From positions 1-24,947 of the forward strand of contig JAYZQJ010000280.1 of assembly GCA_036149055.1 (NCBI GenBank): a stretch of 24,947 bases of DNA, given 5' to 3'. Position numbers and translations under genes: made by a program. This DNA comes from Myxococcota bacterium (GTDB lineage: Bacteria > Myxococcota_A > Polyangia > Polyangiales > Sandaracinaceae). This document shows, piece by piece, positions 19,289 to 24,947 of the stretch (its first letter is position 1; every line of letters begins with the position of its first letter). The notes below the pieces were generated by a model. It had not been told where the DNA came from and did not search any database. It saw only the letters and a list, made by a program, of their open reading frames with translations.

Positions 19289-20491
19289 ATGAACCGAAGG
19301 CTCTGTTTCGTAGCGCTGTGCGCCCTCCTCGCGGGGGGCTGCTCCCTGGTCACCTCACTCGACGGCTACACCTTCGACGACGATGGGGGGGAGGGCAGAA
19401 TGGACGGCGGAGGCCGTCCGGACGGTGGGTGGGACGCGAGCTCGCGACCCGACGCAGACGGCCCGGACGCCGCTCCCGCGGACGACGCCGGCGACCGCGA
19501 CGCATGTGCGGCGGGTGGATGCAGCGAGTGTGGGGGGACGGGTGAAAGCTGTTGCGCCGCGGCGAGCTGCGACGGCTCCCTCGTCTGCGTGGCGCAGTGG
19601 CAGGAGCGCACGCCCCCCGAATCGCCCGAGGCTCGGTTCAGCGCGGCCATCAGCTATGACGCCGACCGAGGTCGAGCCGTCGTCTTCGGAGGGTTCTCGG
19701 GCGCGGATACGTTCTCGGACACGTGGGAATGGGACGGTGGACGCTGGGTCGAGCTGACGCCTGGCACCGCCCCGCCGGCTCGGAGCCGCCACTCGATGGT
19801 CTACGACTCCGCGCGCCGCGAGACGGTTCTCTTCGGTGGTTTCGATGGCACGACTTACATGCCCGGGACGTGGTCCTGGGACGGCGCGACCTGGACGGAG
19901 CGCAGCTCCACGACGTCTCCCCCGCCTCGTACGAGCACCCAGCTGGCGTACGACTCGCGGCGAGCTCGAGTGATCGTGTTCGGAGGCTGGAGCGGGAGCG
20001 ACTACCTCGGCGACACCTGGGAGTGGGACGGCGTCGACTGGACCGACGTGAGCCCCACGGGCGCCGCGCCATCGCCGCGTGCCAATCACGGAATGACCTT
20101 CGACGCGGCGCGGGAGGTCACCGTCCTGTTCGGCGGGCGCGACCCGGGCGGCCGGCTCAACGACGTCTGGGAGTGGAACGGAACCGGTTGGACGGAGGTC
20201 ACGGCCCCTACCGCGCCAGAGCCGCGTGACACGACGCTGACCTACGATGTGGCACGCGCACGCGTCGTGACGTTTGGCGGGTGGAGCGGGTCGGTTGCGC
20301 TCGGCGACATGTGGAGCTGGGATGGATCCCGCTGGACCGAGCTGCCCGGGCCAGGCCCGGCTGCTCGATCGAGCCTCTCGCTCGCGTACGACACCGACCG
20401 TGAGAGCGTGCTGCTCTTCGGTGGCCGGGACTCCGGTCCGCTGAGCGACCTCTGGGAGTACGTCCCGAACGCGGTGTGCGAGGCCCCCTGA
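19289..20491 (+). CDS. Lipoprotein with Cys-rich module and six-bladed Kelch beta-propeller
   Basis: Lipobox LAGGC, DGG/DAG linker, Cys cluster, and six repeats of P..R....YD..R..VLFGG......DTWEWDG..W. Confidence 0.88.
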   Translation: MNRRLCFVALCALLAGGCSLVTSLDGYTFDDDGGEGRMDGGGRPDGGWDASSRPDADGPDAAPADDAGDRDACAAGGCSECGGTGESCCAAASCDGSLVCVAQWQERTPPESPEARFSAAISYDADRGRAVVFGGFSGADTFSDTWEWDGGRWVELTPGTAPPARSRHSMVYDSARRETVLFGGFDGTTYMPGTWSWDGATWTERSSTTSPPPRTSTQLAYDSRRARVIVFGGWSGSDYLGDTWEWDGVDWTDVSPTGAAPSPRANHGMTFDAAREVTVLFGGRDPGGRLNDVWEWNGTGWTEVTAPTAPEPRDTTLTYDVARARVVTFGGWSGSVALGDMWSWDGSRWTELPGPGPAARSSLSLAYDTDRESVLLFGGRDSGPLSDLWEYVPNAVCEAP

Positions 20492-20524
20492 GAGGTCCGA
20501 CCACCGCAGCGAGGCTCGCGCCTA

Positions 20525-21751
20525 TCAGTCGTCGCGCTCGGCGAGGAAGAAGGCCTGCAGCTCGCGGGCGCCCTCTCGGGTGGTGACCGCGTGGCGGCGG
20601 TCGAAGCCGCGGCCGGTGAGCAGGACCAGCTCGTCGAAGACCTTCTGGCGGAGCTTGGCGTCGGACTGGTCGAGGGCCGCGGCGAGCCAGCCGAGCCGAC
20701 CGGCGCCTTCGTTGCGCTTCCACCAGCTGCGCCAGCGGAAGCGGTAGCGGCCGTGGTCCTTGCCGGTGATGCGGCGCAGCGCGTCGCGCGCCGTCTCGGC
20801 CAGGGGCGCCTCCCCGCCGAGCGCCTCGATCAGGTGCGGCACGCTCGCGGCGTCCCGGAGCTGCCCGAGGGTCCAGGCGGCCCGCTGACGCCACTCCACT
20901 TTTCGCTTCTCGTCCTGGAGCGTGAAGACGAGCTCGGCGTGCAGCTGGCGCGCCTCGGGGAGCAGCGCCGACGCGCGGAGGGCCAGCATCGCGGCGTTGC
21001 GGACCGCGGGGTGGTCGTCGTGAAGGCGCGCGGCGAGCGGCTCGACGAGGGCGCCGTCCACCAGGTCGCCGGCGACGAGCGCGGCCGCGAGCCGGGTCTC
21101 GGTGCGGGCGGCGCGGAGCAGCTGCGCCACGAAGGGCACCGCGTGGTCGCCGAGCGCCACCATCGCCCCGGCCGCGGCCGAGAGATGCGCCGCGCTCCGG
21201 AGAGGGCGGTGGGGCCGCGAGAGGTCGACCCAGAGCATGCCCGGGAACACCCGGGCCAGCGCCGCCGCGCCGTCACGCTCGAAGCGCACCAGGCGCCGCT
21301 TGAGGGGCTCGGCCGACTCGGGGCCCGCCTTGGCGATGTCCTTGGCGAGCTTCTCCGCCTGCTGCTCGCGATCGGGCGGCAGCGGCTCCGGAAACGACGA
21401 CCCGAGCGCGTCGATCCGCGCCACCGCCCGCTCGGCGGTGACCCGAGGCCCCTCGGACCGGCGGTCCGGTCGATCGGACGGCGGGGGCGGCGGCCGGGAG
21501 CTGACGGGCCGGGGCGGCGGCGGCGAGCTGAGCCGCGGCGGCGGGGGCGGCGCGCTCGACCGCTTGGTCTGGAGGCCGCGGAGCCCGGCGGGGGGCGGGA
21601 TGCTCACCCGCTCGGTCTGGCCGGGCGCGGGGGGGCGGAGCGTGTCGCGGACGCTCCGCCCGCGCTCCGGGCGCTCTTCGTCCGGCTCCCCCTCGTCGGC
21701 GCCGTCGCGTTGCCAGCCGTCCACCGGCCCGCGGGGTACCACATGTGTCAC
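20525..21751 (-). CDS. HEAT-repeat protein with Pro-rich N-terminus (resembles the C-terminal region of myxobacterial FrgA-like proteins); start uncertain
   Basis: LVEPLAARLHDDHPAVRNAA, AAWTLGQLRDAASVPHLIEALG and ALRRITGKDHG..WRSWW. SSxPPPP repeats. Double stop TGA TAG. Confidence 0.75.
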   Translation of the reverse strand: MTHVVPRGPVDGWQRDGADEGEPDEERPERGRSVRDTLRPPAPGQTERVSIPPPAGLRGLQTKRSSAPPPPPRLSSPPPPRPVSSRPPPPPSDRPDRRSEGPRVTAERAVARIDALGSSFPEPLPPDREQQAEKLAKDIAKAGPESAEPLKRRLVRFERDGAAALARVFPGMLWVDLSRPHRPLRSAAHLSAAAGAMVALGDHAVPFVAQLLRAARTETRLAAALVAGDLVDGALVEPLAARLHDDHPAVRNAAMLALRASALLPEARQLHAELVFTLQDEKRKVEWRQRAAWTLGQLRDAASVPHLIEALGGEAPLAETARDALRRITGKDHGRYRFRWRSWWKRNEGAGRLGWLAAALDQSDAKLRQKVFDELVLLTGRGFDRRHAVTTREGARELQAFFLAERDD

Positions 21752-21813
21752 CCGGACGCATGCCGGCGTGGAGGGGCCCCGTTCACCGTGTTAGCGTGCG
21801 GACACGAACACTC

Positions 21814-22873
21814 ATGGCGCGCACCGCACCCTCTGGAACGCGGCCGCAGAACGAGCCCGAGCTCGTCACGGCCGACCTCGAAGTCGAGGACCCGCGGCTC
21901 TTGCTCCGCTTGACGGGGCCCAACGGCGCGCACCTCCGCGCGCTGGAGAAGGAGCTCGGCATCTCCGCCGGCATCCGCGGCAACACCATCCTCTTGCGCG
22001 GCCCGCAGGCCGACGTCGAGAGCGCTCAGCGCGGCCTCGCCGAGGTCCTCGGGATGCTCGAGCGGGGCAAGAAGCTCACCGAGCGCGACGTGATGCGCGC
22101 GCTCAAGACGCTCCAGACCAACCCCGGCGTCCGGCTCTCCGACTTCATGGACGAGCCGATCCTCGTGGCGCCGCGCAAGACCATCGTGCCCAAGGGGCTC
22201 GCGCAGCATCACTACGTGCGCGCGATCCACGAGCACGACGTCGTCTTCGGCGTCGGCCCCGCCGGCACCGGCAAGACCTACCTCGCGATGGCGATGGCGG
22301 TGCGCGCGCTGAGCGAGAACCGGGTCAAGCGCATCATCCTCACCCGCCCCGCGGTCGAGGCGGGCGAGAAGCTCGGCTTCCTCCCCGGCGACCTGGCGGA
22401 GAAGGTGAACCCGTACCTGCGCCCGCTCTACGACGCGCTCCACGACATGATGGACCTCGAGCGAGCCCAGATGCTGATGGCCCGCGGGGTGGTCGAGGTG
22501 GCGCCGCTCGCCTTCATGCGCGGCCGGACCCTGAACGACAGCTTCGTCATCCTCGACGAGGCGCAGAACAGCACCCGCGAGCAGATGAAGATGTTCCTCA
22601 CCCGCCTCGGCTTCGGCTCGAAGGCGGTGGTGACCGGCGACATCACCCAGACCGACCTCCCCACCAACCGCAAGAGCGGCCTCGCCGACGCGGTCAGCCT
22701 GCTCGAGGACGTCGACGGGATCTCCTTCTGCCGCTTCACCGACGCGGACGTCGTCCGCCACCCCCTCGTGGCCCGCATCGTGAGGGCGTACGATGTGCGG
22801 GAAGAGCAGCAGCGCGCCGAGCGCGAGGCGGCCGAGGCGGAGGCCGAGGCCGCGGGGGAGGAGCTCGAGGAGG

Positions 22874-22884
<11 letters not shown>
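21814..22884 (+). CDS. phoH: PhoH family ATPase with N-terminal KH-like domain (YbeZ-type)
   Basis: [11 protein letters not shown]-like motif, [11 protein letters not shown]alker [41 protein letters not shown] and DVVRHPLV. Confidence 0.95.
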
Positions 22885-24808
<1,924 letters not shown>

Positions 24809-24814
24809 GTTTTT

Positions 24815-24870
24815 TGGAGGGTTTGGTGCAAACCCTCCCCCCATTGGGCAAAGCGCCACTGGGGCCCCCC
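24815..24870. repeat. Double-hairpin REP-like dispersed repeat, copy 3 (inverted relative to copies 1 and 2)
   Basis: Reverse complement GGGGGGCCCCAGTGGCGCTTTGCCCAATGGGGGGAGGGTTTGCACCAAACCCTCCA, one substitution versus copy 1. Starts 6 nt after the HD-GYP TGA. Confidence 0.9.
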
Positions 24871-24938
24871 CCCCGACACCGTCGGGGCCGCGCGCGCGTC
24901 GCGCGCTGGCCCCGCGACCCCAGCGCGGGGCGCTGGGG
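24871..24938. repeat. Cluster of three further GC-rich hairpins abutting repeat copy 3
   Basis: CCCCGAC-ACC-GTCGGGG (24871-24887); GGGGCC-GCGCGCG-CGT-CGCGCGC-T-GGCCCC; CCCCAGCGC-GGG-GCGCTGGGG (24918-24938). Confidence 0.6.
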
Positions 24939-24947
24939 GCCCTGCGG

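Noticed and set aside
24824..24860. c-di-GMP-I (GEMM) riboswitch suggested by GCAAACC...GCAAAGC next to an HD-GYP gene
   Set aside because: It lacks the GNRA-capped P2 stem and the GAC before GCAAAGC, lies 3' of genes, and GCAAACC is tied up in the repeat's own stem.

Overview
Very GC-rich (roughly three-quarters GC by eye), gene-dense chromosomal window. It is most likely from a myxobacterium (Polyangiales/Sandaracinaceae-like). That is an inference from an AgmX/PglI-type C-terminal domain, Cys-rich lipoproteins, Pro-rich linkers and a FrgA-like HEAT protein. About 23 real CDSs are present. Housekeeping genes are a stand-alone mreB, gltA and a phoH-family gene. Regulators are an orphan ECF sigma factor, a TetR and a GAF/HD-GYP phosphodiesterase. 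Enzymes include an ABHD18-like hydrolase, an alkyl sulfatase, an S8 peptidase, a serine hydrolase, an M14 peptidase and a CoA-transferase. Several secreted or lipoproteins are of unknown function. No rRNA, tRNA, CRISPR, transposase or integrase was seen. The strongest non-coding signals are: (i) a ~59-bp double-hairpin REP-like element present three times, two copies in tandem at 115-245 and one inverted at 24815-24870, with two copies joined to a gene's TGA stop; (ii) a possible terminator/antiterminator leader ahead of the ECF sigma gene; (iii) paired TetR operators overlapping a sigma70-like promoter. I could not establish a clearly novel multi-gene system. The best candidates are listed as findings. 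All family assignments come from motif recognition, not from database searches.
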